Positions 1 through 13,900 of a DNA stretch of 64,000 bases are shown here, piece after piece. The notes under the pieces were generated by a model. The model did no database searches. It was not told where the DNA came from and saw only the letters and a list, made by a program, of their open reading frames with translations. A program made the position numbers and the translations under genes. Numbering within the stretch: position 1 is the stretch's first letter; the number at the start of each line of letters is the position of its first letter. Source of the stretch: Squalus acanthias (lineage: Eukaryota); NCBI GenBank assembly GCA_030390025.1, contig CM059432.1:29514001-29578000 (forward strand), read 5' to 3'.

Positions 1-3000
1 CACACTGCCAGCTCTCTATTATCCTCAGTGTAACACACTGCCAGCTCTCTATTATCCAGTGTAACACACTGCCAGCTCTCTATTATCCTCAGTGTAACAC
101 ACTGCCAGCTCTCTATTATCCTCAGTGTAACACACTGCCAGCTCTCTATTATCCTCAGTGTAACACACTGCCAGCTCTCTATTATCCTCAGTGTAACACA
201 CTGCCAGCTCTCTATTATCCTCAGTGTAACACACTGCCAGCTCTCTATTATCCAGTGTAACACACTGCCAGCTCTCTATTATCCTCAGTGTAACACACTG
301 CCAGCTCTCTATTATCCTCAGTGTAACACACTGCCAGCTCTCTATTATCCAGTGTAACACACTGCCAGCTCTCTATTATCCTCAGTGTAACACACTGCCA
401 GCTCTCTATTATCCTCAGTGTAACACACTGCCAGCTCTCTATTATCCTCAGTGTAACACACTGCCAGCTCTCTATTATCCTCAGTGTAACACACTGCCAG
501 CTCTCTATTATCCTAGTGTAACACACTGCCAGCTCTCTATTATCCTCAGTGTAACACACTGCCAGCTCTCTATTATCCTCAGTGTAACACACTGCCAGCT
601 CTCTATTATCTCAGTGTAACACACTGCCAGCTCTCTATTATCCTCAGTGTAACACACTGCCAGCTCTCTATTATCCTCAGTGTAACACACTGCCAGCTCT
701 CTATTATCCAGTGTAACACACTGCCAGCTCTCTATTATCCTCAGTGTAACACACTGCCAGCTCTCTATTATCCTCAGTGTAACACACTGCCAGCTCTCTA
801 TTATCCTCAGTGTAACACACTGCCAGCTCTCTATTATCCTCAGTGTAACACACTGCCAGCTCTCTATTATCCTCAGTGTAACACACTGCCAGCTCTCTAT
901 TATCCAGTGTAACACACTGCCAGCTCTCTATTATCCTCAGTGTAACACACTGCCAGCTCTCTATTATCCTCAGTGTAACACACTGCCAGCTCTCTATTAT
1001 CCTCAGTGTAACACACTGCCAGCTCTCTATTATCCTCAGTGTAACACACTGCCAGCTCTCTATTATCCTCAGTGTAACACACTGCCAGCTCTCTATTATC
1101 CTCAGTGTAACACACTGCCAGCTCTCTATTATCCTCAGTGTAACACACTGCCAGCTCTCTATTATCCTCAGTGTAACACACTGCCAGCTCTCTATTATCC
1201 TCAGTGTAACACACTGCCAGCTCTCTATTATCCTCAGTGTAACACACTGCCAGCTCTCTATTATCCAGTGTAACACACTGCCAGCTCTCTATTATCCTCA
1301 GTGTAACACACTGCCAGCTCTCTATTATCCTCAGTGTAACACACTGCCAGCTCTCTATTATCCTCAGTGGAACACACTGCCAGCTCTCTATTATCCTCAG
1401 TGTAACACACTGCCAGCTCTCTATTATCCTCAGTGTAACACACTGCCAGCTCTCTATTATCCTCAGTGTAACACACTGCCAGCTCTCTATTATCCTCAGT
1501 GTAACACACTGCCAGCTCTCTATTATCCTCAGTGTAACACACTGCCAGCTCTCTATTATCCTCAGTGTAACACACTGCCAGCTCTCTATTATCCTCAGTG
1601 TAACACACTGCCAGCTCTCTATTATCCAGTGTAACACACTGCCAGCTCTCTATTATCCTCAGTGTAACACACTGCCAGCTCTCTATTATCCTCAGTGTAA
1701 CACACTGCCAGCTCTCTATTATCCTCAGTGTAACACACTGCCAGCTCTCTATTATCCTCAGTGTAACACACTGCCAGCTCTCTATTATCCTCAGTGTAAC
1801 ACACTGCCAGCTCTCTATTATCCTCAGTGTAACACACTGCCAGCTCTCTATTATCCTCAGTGTAACACACTGCCAGCTCTCTATTATCCTCAGTGTAACA
1901 CACTGCCAGCTCTCTATTATCCTCAGTGTAACACACTGCCAGCTCTCTATTATCCTCAGTGTAACACACTGCCAGCTCTCTATTATCCTCAGTGTAACAC
2001 ACTGCCAGCTCTCTATTATCCAGTGTAACACACTGCCAGCTCTCTATTATCCTCAGTGTAACACACTGCCAGCTCTCTATTATCCTCAGTGTAACACACT
2101 GCCAGCTCTCTATTATCCTCAGTGTAACACACTGCCAGCTCTCTATTATCCTCAGTGTAACACACTGCCAGCTCTCTATTATCCAGTGTAACACACTGCC
2201 AGCTCTCTATTATCCTCAGTGTAACACACTGCCAGCTCTCTATTATCCTCAGTGTAACACACCGCCAGCTCTCTATTATCCTCAGTGTAACACACTGCCA
2301 GCTCTCTATTATCCTCAGTGTAACACACCGCCAGCCTCTATTATCCTCAGTGTAACACACTGCCAGCTCTCTATTATCCTCAGTGTAACACACTGCCAGC
2401 TCTCTATTATCCTCAGTGTAACACACTGCCAGCTCTCTATTATCCAGTGTAACACACTGCCAGCTCTCTATTATCCTCAGTGTAACACACTGCCAGCTCT
2501 CTATTATCCTCAGTGTAACACACGCCAGTCCTCTATTATCCTAGTGTAACACACTGCCAGCTCTCTATTATCCTCAGTGTAACACACTGCCAGCTCTCTA
2601 TTATCCTCAGTGTAACACACTGCCAGCTCTCTATTATCCTCAGTGTAACACACTGCCAGCTCTCTATTATCCTCAGTGTAACACACTGCCAGCTCTCTAT
2701 TATCCTCAGTGTAACACACTGCCAGCTCTCTATTATCCTCAGTGTAACACACCTGCCAGCTCCTCTATTATCCTCAGTGTAACACACTGCCAGCTCTCTA
2801 TTATCCTCAGTGTAACACACTGCCAGCTCTCTATTATCCTCAGTGTAACACACTGCCAGCTCTCTATTATCCAGTGTAACACACTGCCAGCTCTCTATTA
2901 TCCTCAGTGTAACACACCTGCCAGCTCTCTATTATCCTCAGTGTAACACACTGCCAGCTCTCTATTATCCTCAGTGTAACACACTGCCAGCTCTCTATTA

Positions 3001-6000
3001 TCCTCAGTGTAACACACTGCCAGCTCTCTATTATCCAGTGTAACACACTGCCAGCTCTCTATTATCCTCAGTGTAACACACTGCCAGCTCTCTATTATCC
3101 TCAGTGTAACACACAGCCAGTCCTCTATTATCCTCAGTGTAACACACTGCCAGCTCTCTATTATCCTCAGTGTAACACACTGCCAGCTCTCTATTATCCT
3201 CAGTGTAACACACTGCCAGCTCTCTATTATCCTCAGTGTAACACACTGCCAGCTCTCTATTATCCTCAGTGTAACACACTGCCAGCTCTCTATTATCCAG
3301 TGTAACACACTGCCAGCTCTCTATTATCCTCAGTGTAACACACTGCCAGCTCTCTATTATCCTAGTGTAACACACTGCCAGCTCTCTATTATCCTCAGTG
3401 TAACACACTGCCAGCTCTCTATTATCCTCAGTGTAACACACTGCCAGCTCTCTATTATCCAGTGTAACACACTGCCAGCTCTCTATTATCCTCAGTGTAA
3501 CACACTGCCAGCTCTCTATTATCCTCAGTGTAACACACCTGCCAGCTCTCTATTATCCTCAGTGTAACACACTGCCAGCTCTCTATTATCCTCAGTGTAA
3601 CACACTGCCAGCCTCTATTATCCTCAGTGTAACACACTGCCAGCTCTCTATTATCCTCAGTGTAACACACTGCCAGCTCTCTATTATCCTCAGTGTAACA
3701 CACTGCCAGCTCTCTATTATCCAGTGTAACACACTGCCAGCTCTCTATTATCCTCAGTGTAACACACTGCCAGCTCTCTATTATCCTCAGTGTAACACAC
3801 TGCCAGCTCTCTATTATCCTCAGTGTAACACACTGCCAGCTCTCTATTATCCTCAGTGTAACACACTGCCAGCTCTCTATTATCCTCAGTGTAACACACT
3901 GCCAGCTCTCTATTATCCTCAGTGTAACACACTGCCAGCTCTCTATTATCCTCAGTGTAACACACTGCCAGCTCTCTATTATCCTCAGTGTAACACACTG
4001 CCAGCTCTCTATTATCCTCAGTGTAACACACTGCCAGCTCTCTATTATCCTCAGTGTAACACACTGCCAGCTCTCTATTATCCTCAGTGTAACACACTGC
4101 CAGCTCTCTATTATCCAGTGTAACACACTGCCAGCTCTCTATTATCCAGTGTAACACACTGCCAGCTCTCTATTATCCAGTGTAACACACTGCCAGCTCT
4201 CTATTATCCTCAGTGTAACACACTGCCAGCTCTCTATTATCCTCAGTGTAACACACTGCCAGCTCTCTATTATCCTCAGTGTAACACACTGCCAGCTCTC
4301 TATTATCTCAGTGTAACACACTGCCAGCTCTCTATTATCCTCAGTGTAACACACTGCCAGCTCTCTATTATCCTCAGTGTAACACACTGCCAGCTCTCTA
4401 TTATCCTCAGTGTAACACACTGCCAGCTCTCTATTATCCTCAGTGTAACACACTGCCAGCTCTCTATTATCCTCAGTGTAACACACTGCCAGCTCTCTAT
4501 TATCCTCAGTGTAACACACTGCCAGCTCTCTATTATCCTCAGTGTAACACACTGCCAGCTCTCTATTATCCTCAGTGTAACACACTGCCAGCTCTCTATT
4601 ATCCTCAGTGTAACACACTGCCAGCTCTCTATTATCCTCAGTGTAACACACTGCCAGCTCTCTATTATCCTCAGTGTAACACACTGCCAGCTCTCTATTA
4701 TCCTCAGTGTAACACACTGCCAGCTCTCTATTATCCTCAGTGTAACACACTGCCAGCTCTCTATTATCCTCAGTGTAACACACTGCCAGCTCTCTATTAT
4801 CCTCAGTGTAACACACTGCCAGCTCTCTATTATCCTCAGTGTAACACACTGCCAGCTCTCTATTATCCAGTGTAACACACTGCCAGCTCTCTATTATCCT
4901 CAGTGTAACACACTGCCAGCTCTCTATTATCCTCAGTGTAACACACTGCCAGCTCTCTATTATCCAGTGTAACACACTGCCAGCTCTCTATTATCCTCAG
5001 TGTAACACACTGCCAGCTCTCTATTATCCTCAGTGTAACACACTGCCAGCTCTCTATTATCCTCAGTGTAACACACTGCCAGCTCTCTATTATCCTCAGT
5101 GTAACACACTGCCAGCTCTCTATTATCCTCAGTGTAACACACTGCCAGCTCTCTATTATCCTCAGTGTAACACACTGCCAGCTCTCTATTATCCTCAGTG
5201 TAACACACTGCCAGCTCTCTATTATCCTCAGTGTAACACACTGCCAGCTCTCTATTATCCTCAGTGTAACACACTGCCAGCTCTCTATTATCCTCAGTGT
5301 AACACACTGCCAGCTCTCTATTATCCAGTGTAACACACTGCCAGCTCTCTATTATCCTCAGTGTAACACACTGCCAGCTCTCTATTATCCTCAGTGTAAC
5401 ACACTGCCAGCTCTCTATTATCCTCAGTGTAACACACTGCCAGCTCTCTATTATCCTCAGTGTAACACACTGCCAGCTCTCTATTATCCTCAGTGTAACA
5501 CACTGCCAGCTCTCTATTATCCTCAGTGTAACACACTGCCAGCTCTCTATTATCCTCAGTGTAACACACTGCCAGCTCTCTATTATCCTCAGTGTAACAC
5601 ACTGCCAGCTCTCTATTATCCTCAGTGTAACACACTGCCAGCTCTCTATTATCCTCAGTGTAACACACTGCCAGCTCTCTATTATCCTCAGTGTAACACA
5701 CTGCCAGCTCTCTATTATCCTCAGTGTAACACACTGCCAGCTCTCTATTATCCTCAGTGTAACACACTGCCAGCTCTCTATTATCCTAGTGTAACACACT
5801 GCCAGCTCTCTATTATCCTCAGTGTAACACACTGCCAGCTCTCTATTATCCTCAGTGTAACACACTGCCAGCTCTCTATTATCCTCAGTGTAACACACTG
5901 CCAGCTCTCTATTATCCTCAGTGTAACACACTGCCAGCTCTCTATTATCCTCAGTGTAACACACTGCCAGCTCTCTATTATCCTCAGTGTAACACACTGC

Positions 6001-9000
6001 CAGCTCTCTATTATCCTCAGTGTAACACACTGCCAGCTCTCTATTATCCTCAGTGTAACACACTGCCAGCTCTCTATTATCCTCAGTGTAACACACTGCC
6101 AGCTCTCTATTATCTCAGTGTAACACACTGCCAGCTCTCTATTATCCTCAGTGTAACACACTGCCAGCTCTCTATTATCCTCAGTGTAACACACTGCCAG
6201 CTCTCTATTATCCTCAGTGTAACACACTGCCAGCTCTCTATTATCCTCAGTGTAACACACTGCCAGCTCTCTATTATCTCAGTGTAACACACTGCCAGCT
6301 CTCTATTATCCTCAGTGTAACACACTGCCAGCTCTCTATTATCCTCAGTGTAACACACTGCCAGCTCTCTATTATCCTCAGTGTAACACACTGCCAGCTC
6401 TCTATTATCCTCAGTGTAACACACTGCCAGCTCTCTATTATCCAGTGTAACACACTGCCAGCTCTCTATTATCCTCAGTGTAACACACTGCCAGCTCTCT
6501 ATTATCCTCAGTGTAACACACTGCCAGCTCTCTATTATCCTCAGTGTAACACACTGCCAGCTCTCTATTATCCAGTGTAACACACTGCCAGCTCTCTATT
6601 ATCCTCAGTGTAACACACTGCCAGCTCTCTATTATCCTCAGTGTAACACACTGCCAGCTCTCTATTATCCTCAGTGTAACACACTGCCAGCTCTCTATTA
6701 TCCTCAGTGTAACACACTGCCAGCTCTCTATTATCCTCAGTGTAACACACTGCCAGCTCTCTATTATCCTCAGTGTAACACACTGCCAGCTCTCTATTAT
6801 CCTCAGTGTAACACACTGCCAGCTCTCTATTATCCTCAGTGTAACACACTGCCAGCTCTCTATTATCCAGTGTAACACACTGCCAGCTCTCTATTATCCT
6901 CAGTGTAACACACTGCCAGCTCTCTATTATCCTCAGTGTAACACACTGCCAGCTCTCTATTATCCTCAGTGTAACACACTGCCAGCTCTCTATTATCCTC
7001 AGTGTAACACACCGCCAGCTCTCTATTATCCTGAGTGTAACACACTGCCAGCTGTCTATTATCCTCAGTGTAATACACTGCCAGCTCTCTATTATCCTCA
7101 GTGTAACACCCTGCCAGCTCTCTATTATCCAGTGTAAAACACTGCCAGCTCTCTATTATCCTCAGTGTAACACACTGCCAGCTCTCTATTATCCTCAGTG
7201 TAACACACTGCCAGCTCTCTATTATCCAGTGTAACACACTGCCAGCTCTCTATTATCCTCAGTGTAACACACTGCCAGCTCTCTATTATCCTCAGTGTAA
7301 CACATTGCCAGCTCTCTATTATCCTCAGTGTAACACACTGCCAGCTCTCTATTATCCTCAGTGTAACCACTGCCAGCTCTCTATTATCCTCAGTGTAACA
7401 CACTGCCAGCTCTCTATTATCCTCAGTGTAACACACTGCCAGCTCTCTATTATCCTCAGTGTAACACACTGCCAGCTCTCTATTATCCTCAGTGTAACAC
7501 ACCTGCCAGCTCTCTATTATCCTCAGTGTAACACACTGCCAGCTCTCTATTATCCTCAGTGTAACACACTGCCAGCTCTCTATTATCCTCAGTGTAACAC
7601 ACTGCCAGCTCTCTATTATCCTCAGTGTAACACACTGCCAGCTCTCTATTATCCTCAGTGTAACACACTGCCAGCTCTCTATTATCCTCAGTGTAACACA
7701 CTGCCAGCTCTCTATTATCCTCAGTGTAACACACTGCCAGCTCTCTATTATCCTCAGTGTAACACACTGCCAGCTCTCTATTATCCTCAGTGTAACACAC
7801 TGCCAGCTCTCTATTATCCTCAGTGTAACACACTGCCAGCTCTCTATTATCCTCAGTGTAACACACTGCCAGCTCTCTATTATCCTCAGTGTAACACACT
7901 GCCAGCTCTCTATTATCCTCAGTGTAACACACTGCCAGCTCTCTATTATCCTCAGTGTAACACACTGCCAGCTCTCTATTATCCTCAGTGTAACACACTG
8001 CCAGCTCTCTATTATCCTCAGTGTAACACACTGCCAGCTCTCTATTATCCTCAGTGTAACACCCTGCCAGCTCTCTATTATCCTCAGTGTAACACACTGC
8101 CAGCTCTCTATTATCCTCAGTGTAACACACTGCCAGCTCTCTATTATCCTCAGTGTAACACACTGCCAGCTCTCTATTATCCTCAGTGTAACACACTGCC
8201 AGCTCTCTATTATCCTCAGTGTAACACACTGCCAGCTCTCTATTATCCTCAGTGTAACACACTGCCAGCTCTCTATTATCCTCAGTGTAACACACTGCCA
8301 GCTCTCTATTATCCTCAGTGTAACACACTGCCAGCTCTCTATTATCCTCAGTGTAACACACTGCCAGCTCTCTATTATCCTCAGTGTAACACACTGCCAG
8401 CTCTCTATTATCCTCAGTGTAACACACTGCCAGCCTCTATTATCCTCAGTGTAACACACTGCCAGCTCTCTATTATCCTCAGTGTAACACACTGCCAGCT
8501 CTCTATTATCCTCAGTGTAACACACTGCCAGCTCTCTATTATCCAGTGTAACACACTGCCAGCTCTCTATTATCCTCAGTGTAACACACTGCCAGCTCTC
8601 TATTATCCTCAGTGTAACACACTGCCAGCTCTCTATTATCCTCAGTGTAACACACTGCCAGCTCTCTATTATCCTCAGTGTAACACACCTGCCAGCTCTC
8701 TATTATCCAGTGTAACACACTGCCAGCTCTCTATTATCCTCAGTGTAACACACTGCCAGCTCTCTATTATCCTCAGTGTAACACACTGCCAGCTCTCTAT
8801 TATCCTCAGTGTAACACACTGCCAGCTCTCTATTATCCTCAGTGTAACACACCGCCAGCCTCTATTATCCTCAGTGTAACACACTGCCAGCTCTCTATTA
8901 TCCTCAGTGTAACACACTGCCAGCTCTCTATTATCCTCAGTGTAACACACTGCCAGCTCTCTATTATCCTCAGTGTAACACACTGCCAGCTCTCTATTAT

Positions 9001-10950
9001 CCTCAGTGTAACACACTGCCAGCTCTCTATTATCCTCAGTGTAACACACTGCCAGCTCTCTATTATCCTCAGTGTAACACACCTGCCAGCTCCTCTATTA
9101 TCCTCAGTGTAACACACTGCCAGCTCTCTATTATCCTCAGTGTAACACACTGCCAGCTCTCTATTATCCTCAGTGTAACACACTGCCAGCTCTCTATTAT
9201 CCAGTGTAACACACTGCCAGCTCTCTATTATCCTCAGTGTAACACACTGCCAGCTCTCTATTATCCTCAGTGTAACACACTGCCAGCTCTCTATTATCCT
9301 CAGTGTAACACACTGCCAGCTCTCTATTATCCTCAGTGTAACACACTGCCAGCTCTCTATTATCCAGTGTAACACACTGCCAGCTCTCTATTATCCTCAG
9401 TGTAACACACTGCCAGCTCTCTATTATCCTCAGTGTAACACACTGCCAGCTCTCTATTATCCTCAGTGTAACACACTGCCAGCTCTCTATTATCCTCAGT
9501 GTAACACACCGCCAGCCCTCTATTATCCTCAGTGTAACACACTGCCAGCTCTCTATTATCCTCAGTGTAACACACTGCCAGCTCTCTATTATCCTCAGTG
9601 TAACACACTGCCAGCTCTCTATTATCCTCAGTGTAACACACTGCCAGCTCTCTATTATCCTCAGTGTAACACACCTGCCAGCTCTCTATTATCCTCAGTG
9701 TAACACACTGCCAGCTCTCTATTATCCTCAGTGTAACACACTGCCAGCTCTCTATTATCCTCAGTGTAACACACAGCCAGCTCTCTATTATCCTCAGTGT
9801 AACACACTGCCAGCTCTCTATTATCCTCAGTGTAACACACTGCCAGCTCTCTATTATCCTCAGTGTAACACACTGCCAGCTCTCTATTATCCTCAGTGTA
9901 ACACACTGCCAGCTCTCTATTATCCTCAGTGTAACACACTGCCAGCTCTCTATTATCCTCAGTGTAACACACTGCCAGCTCTCTATTATCCTCAGTGTAA
10001 CACCCTGCCAGCTCTCTATTATCCAGTGTAACACACTGCCAGCTCTCTATTATCCTCAGTGTAACACACTGCCAGCTCTCTATTATCCTCAGTGTAACAC
10101 ACCGCCAGTCCTCTATTATCCTCAGTGTAACACACTGCCAGCTCTCTATTATCCTCAGTGTAACACACCTGCCAGCCCTCTATTATCCTCAGTGTAACAC
10201 ACTGCCAGCTCTCTATTATCCTCAGTGTAACACACTGCCAGCTCTCTATTATCCTCAGTGTAACACACTGCCAGCTCTCTATTATCCAGTGTAACACACT
10301 GCCAGCTCTCTATTATCCTCAGTGTAACACACTGCCAGCTCTCTATTATCCTCAGTGTAAACACACAGCCAGCTCTCTATTATCCTCAGTGTAACACACT
10401 GCCAGCTCTCTATTATCCTCAGTGAACACACTGCCAGCCCTCCATTATCCTCAGTGTAACACACTGCAGCTCTCTATTATCCTCAGTGTAACACACTGCC
10501 AGCTCTCTATTATCCTCAGTGTAACACACTGCCAGCTCTCTATTATCCTCAGTGTAACACACTGCCAGCTCTCTATTATCCTCAGTGTAACACACTGCCA
10601 GCTCTCTATTATCCTCAGTGTAACACACTGCCAGCTCTCTATTATCCTCAGTGTAACACACTGCCAGCTCTCTATTATCCTCAGTGTAACACACTGCCAG
10701 CTCTCTATTATCCACAGTGTAACACACTGCAAGCTCTCTATTATCCAGTGTAACACACTGCCAGCTCTCTATTATCCTCAGTGTAACACACTGCCAGCTC
10801 TCTATTATCCAGTGTAACACACTGCCAGCTCTCTATTATCCTCAGTGTAACACACTGCCAGCTCTCTATTATCCTCAGTGTAACACACTGCCAGCTCTCT
10901 ATTATCCTCAGTGTAACACACTGCCAGCTCTCTATTATCCAGTGTAACAC
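1..10950. repeat. Near-homogeneous array domain I (consensus 33-mers, interspersed 31-mers, scattered 1-bp indels)
   Basis: There are very few substitutions. Variation is mainly the CT deletion and isolated 1-bp indels (e.g. ATCCTAG at ~510, ATCTCAG at ~608, CACACCTGCC at ~2748). One cluster of HOR marker variants lies at ~7010-7140. Confidence 0.85.
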
Positions 10951-10959
10951 ACTGCCAGC

Positions 10960-13900
10960 TCTCTATTATCCAGTGTAACACACTGCCAGCTCTCTATTAT
11001 CCAGTGTAAAACACTGCCAGCTCTCTATTATCCTCAGTGTAACACACTGCCAGCTGTCTATTATCCTCAGTGTAACACACTGCCAGCTCTCTATTATCCG
11101 CAGTGTAACACACTGCCAGCTCTCTATTATACTCAGTGTAACACACTGCCAGCTCTCTATTATCCTCAATGTAACACACTGCCAGCTCTCTATTATCCAG
11201 TGTAACACACTGCCAGCTCTCTAATATAAAGTGTAACACACTGCCAGCACTCTATTATCCAGTGTAACACACTGCCAGCTCCCTATTATCCTCAGTGTAA
11301 CACACTGTCAGCTCTCTATTATCCTCAGTGTAACACAGTGCTAGCTCTCTATTATTCTCAGTGTAACACACTGCCAGCTCTCTATTATCCAGTGTAACAC
11401 ACTGACAGCTCTCTATTATCCTCAGTGTAACACACTGCCAGCTCTCTTTTATCCTCAGTGTAACACACTGCCAGCTCTCTATTATACTCAGTGTAACACA
11501 CTGCCAGCTCTCTATTATCCTCATGTAACACACTGCCAGCTCTCCATTATCCTCAGTTTAACACACTGCCAGCTATCTATTATCCAGTGTAACACACTGC
11601 CAGCTCTCTATTATCCTCAATGTAACACACTGCCAGCTCTCCATTATCCTCAGTGTAACACACTGCCAGCACTCTATTATCCTCAGTGTAACACACTGCC
11701 AGCTCTCTATTATCCTCAGTGTAACACACTGGCTGCTCTCTATTATCCTCAGTGTAACACACTGCCAGCTCTCTATTATCCAGTGTAACACACTGCCAGC
11801 TCTCTATTATCCTCAGTGTAACACACCGCCAGCTGTCTATTATCCTGAGTGTAACACCCTGCCAGCTGTCTATTATCCTCAGTGTAATATACTGCCAGCT
11901 CTCTATTATCCACAGTGCAACACCCTGCCAGCTCTCTATTATCCAGTGTAAAACACTGCCAGCTCTCTATTATCCTCAGTGCAACACACTGCCAGCTCTC
12001 TATTATCCTCAGTGTAACACACTGTCAGCTCTCTATTATCCTCAGTGTAACACACTGCCAGCTCTCTATTATCCTCAGTGTAACACACTGCAGCTCTCTA
12101 TTATCCTCAGTGTAACACACTGCCAGCTCTCTATTATCTCAGTGAACACACTGCCAGCTCTCTATTATCCTCAGTGTAACACACTGCCAGCTCTCTATTA
12201 TCCAGTGTAACACCCTGCCAGCTCTCTATTATCCTCAGTGCAACACACTGCCAGCTCTCTATTATCCTCAGTGTAACACACTGCCAGCACTCTATTATCC
12301 AGTGTAACACACTGCCAGCTCTCTATTATCCTCAGTGTAACACACTGCCAGCTCTCTATTATCCTCAGTGTAACACACTGCCAGCTCTCTATTATCCTCA
12401 GTGTAACACACTGCCAGCTCTCTATTATCCTCAGTGTAACACACTGCCAGCTCTTATTATCCTCAGTGTAACACACTGCCAGCTCTCTATTATCCTCAGT
12501 GTAACACACTGCCAGCTCTCTATTATCCTCAGTATAACACACTGCCAGCTCTCTATTATCTCAGTGTAACACACTGCCAGCTCTCTATATCCTCAGTGAA
12601 ACACACTGCCAGCTCTCTATTATCCTCAGTGTAAACACACTGCCAGCTCCTCTATTATCCTCAGTGTAACACACCTGCCAGCTCTCTATTATCCTCAGTG
12701 TAACACACAGCCAGCTCTCTATTATCCCAGTGTAACACACTGCCAGCTCTCTATTATCCTCAGTGTAACACACTGCCAGCTCTCTATTATCCCAGTATAA
12801 CACACTGCAGCTCTCTATTATCTCAGTGTAACACACTGCCAGCTCTCTATTATCCTCAGTGTAACACACTGTCAGCTCTCTATTATACTCAGTGTAACAC
12901 ACTGCCAGCCCTCTGATATCCACAGTGTAACAAACTGCACAGCTCACTATTATCCAGTGTAACACACAGCCAGCTCTCTATTATCCTCAGTGTAACACAC
13001 TGCCAGCTCTCTATTATCCAGTGTAACACACTGCCAGCTCTTATTATCTCAGTGTAACACACTGCCAGCTCTCTATTATCTCAGTGTAACACACTGCCAG
13101 CTCTCTATTATCCTCAGTGTAACACACTGCCAGCTCTCTATTATCTCAGTGTAACACACTGCCAGCTCTCTAATCTCAGTGTAACACACTGCCAGCTCTC
13201 TATTATCCAGTGTAACACACTGCAGCTCTCTATTATCCTCAGTGTAACACACTGCCAGCTCTCTATTATCCTCAGTGTAACACACTGCCAGCTCTCTATT
13301 ATCTCAGTGTAACACACTGCCAGCTCTCTATTATCCTCAGTGTAACACACTGCCAGCTCTCATTATCCTCAGTGTAACACACTGCCAGCTCTCTATTATC
13401 TCAGTGTAACACACTGCCAGCTCTCTATTATCCTCAGTGTAACACACTGCCAGCTCTCCATTATCCTCAGTGTAACACACTGCCAGCTCTCTATTATCCA
13501 GTGTAACACACTGCCAGCTCTCTATTATCCTCAGTGTAACACACTGCCAGCTCTCTATTATCCTCAGTGTAACACACTGCCAGCTCTCTATTATCCAGTG
13601 TAACACACTGCCAGCTCTCTATTATCCTCAGTGTAACACACTGCCAGCCTCTCTATTATCCTCAGTGTAACACACTGCCAGCTCTCTATTATCCAGTGTA
13701 ACACACTGCCAGCTCTCTATTATCCTCAGTGTAACACACTGCCAGCTCTCTATTATCCTCAGTGTAACACACTGCCAGCTCTCTATTATCCTCAGTGTAA
13801 CACACTGCCAGCTCTCTATTATACTCAGTGTAACACACTGCCAGCTCTCTATTATCCTCAATGTAACACACTGCAGCTCTCTATTATCCAGTGTAACACA

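Noticed and set aside
11221..11232. TATAAA within the recurrent AATATAAAG variant as a possible TATA box
   Set aside because: It is explained by stepwise point mutation of the 31-mer (intermediate TAATATACAG at the edge). It is an imperfect TATAWAWR match with no other promoter evidence.
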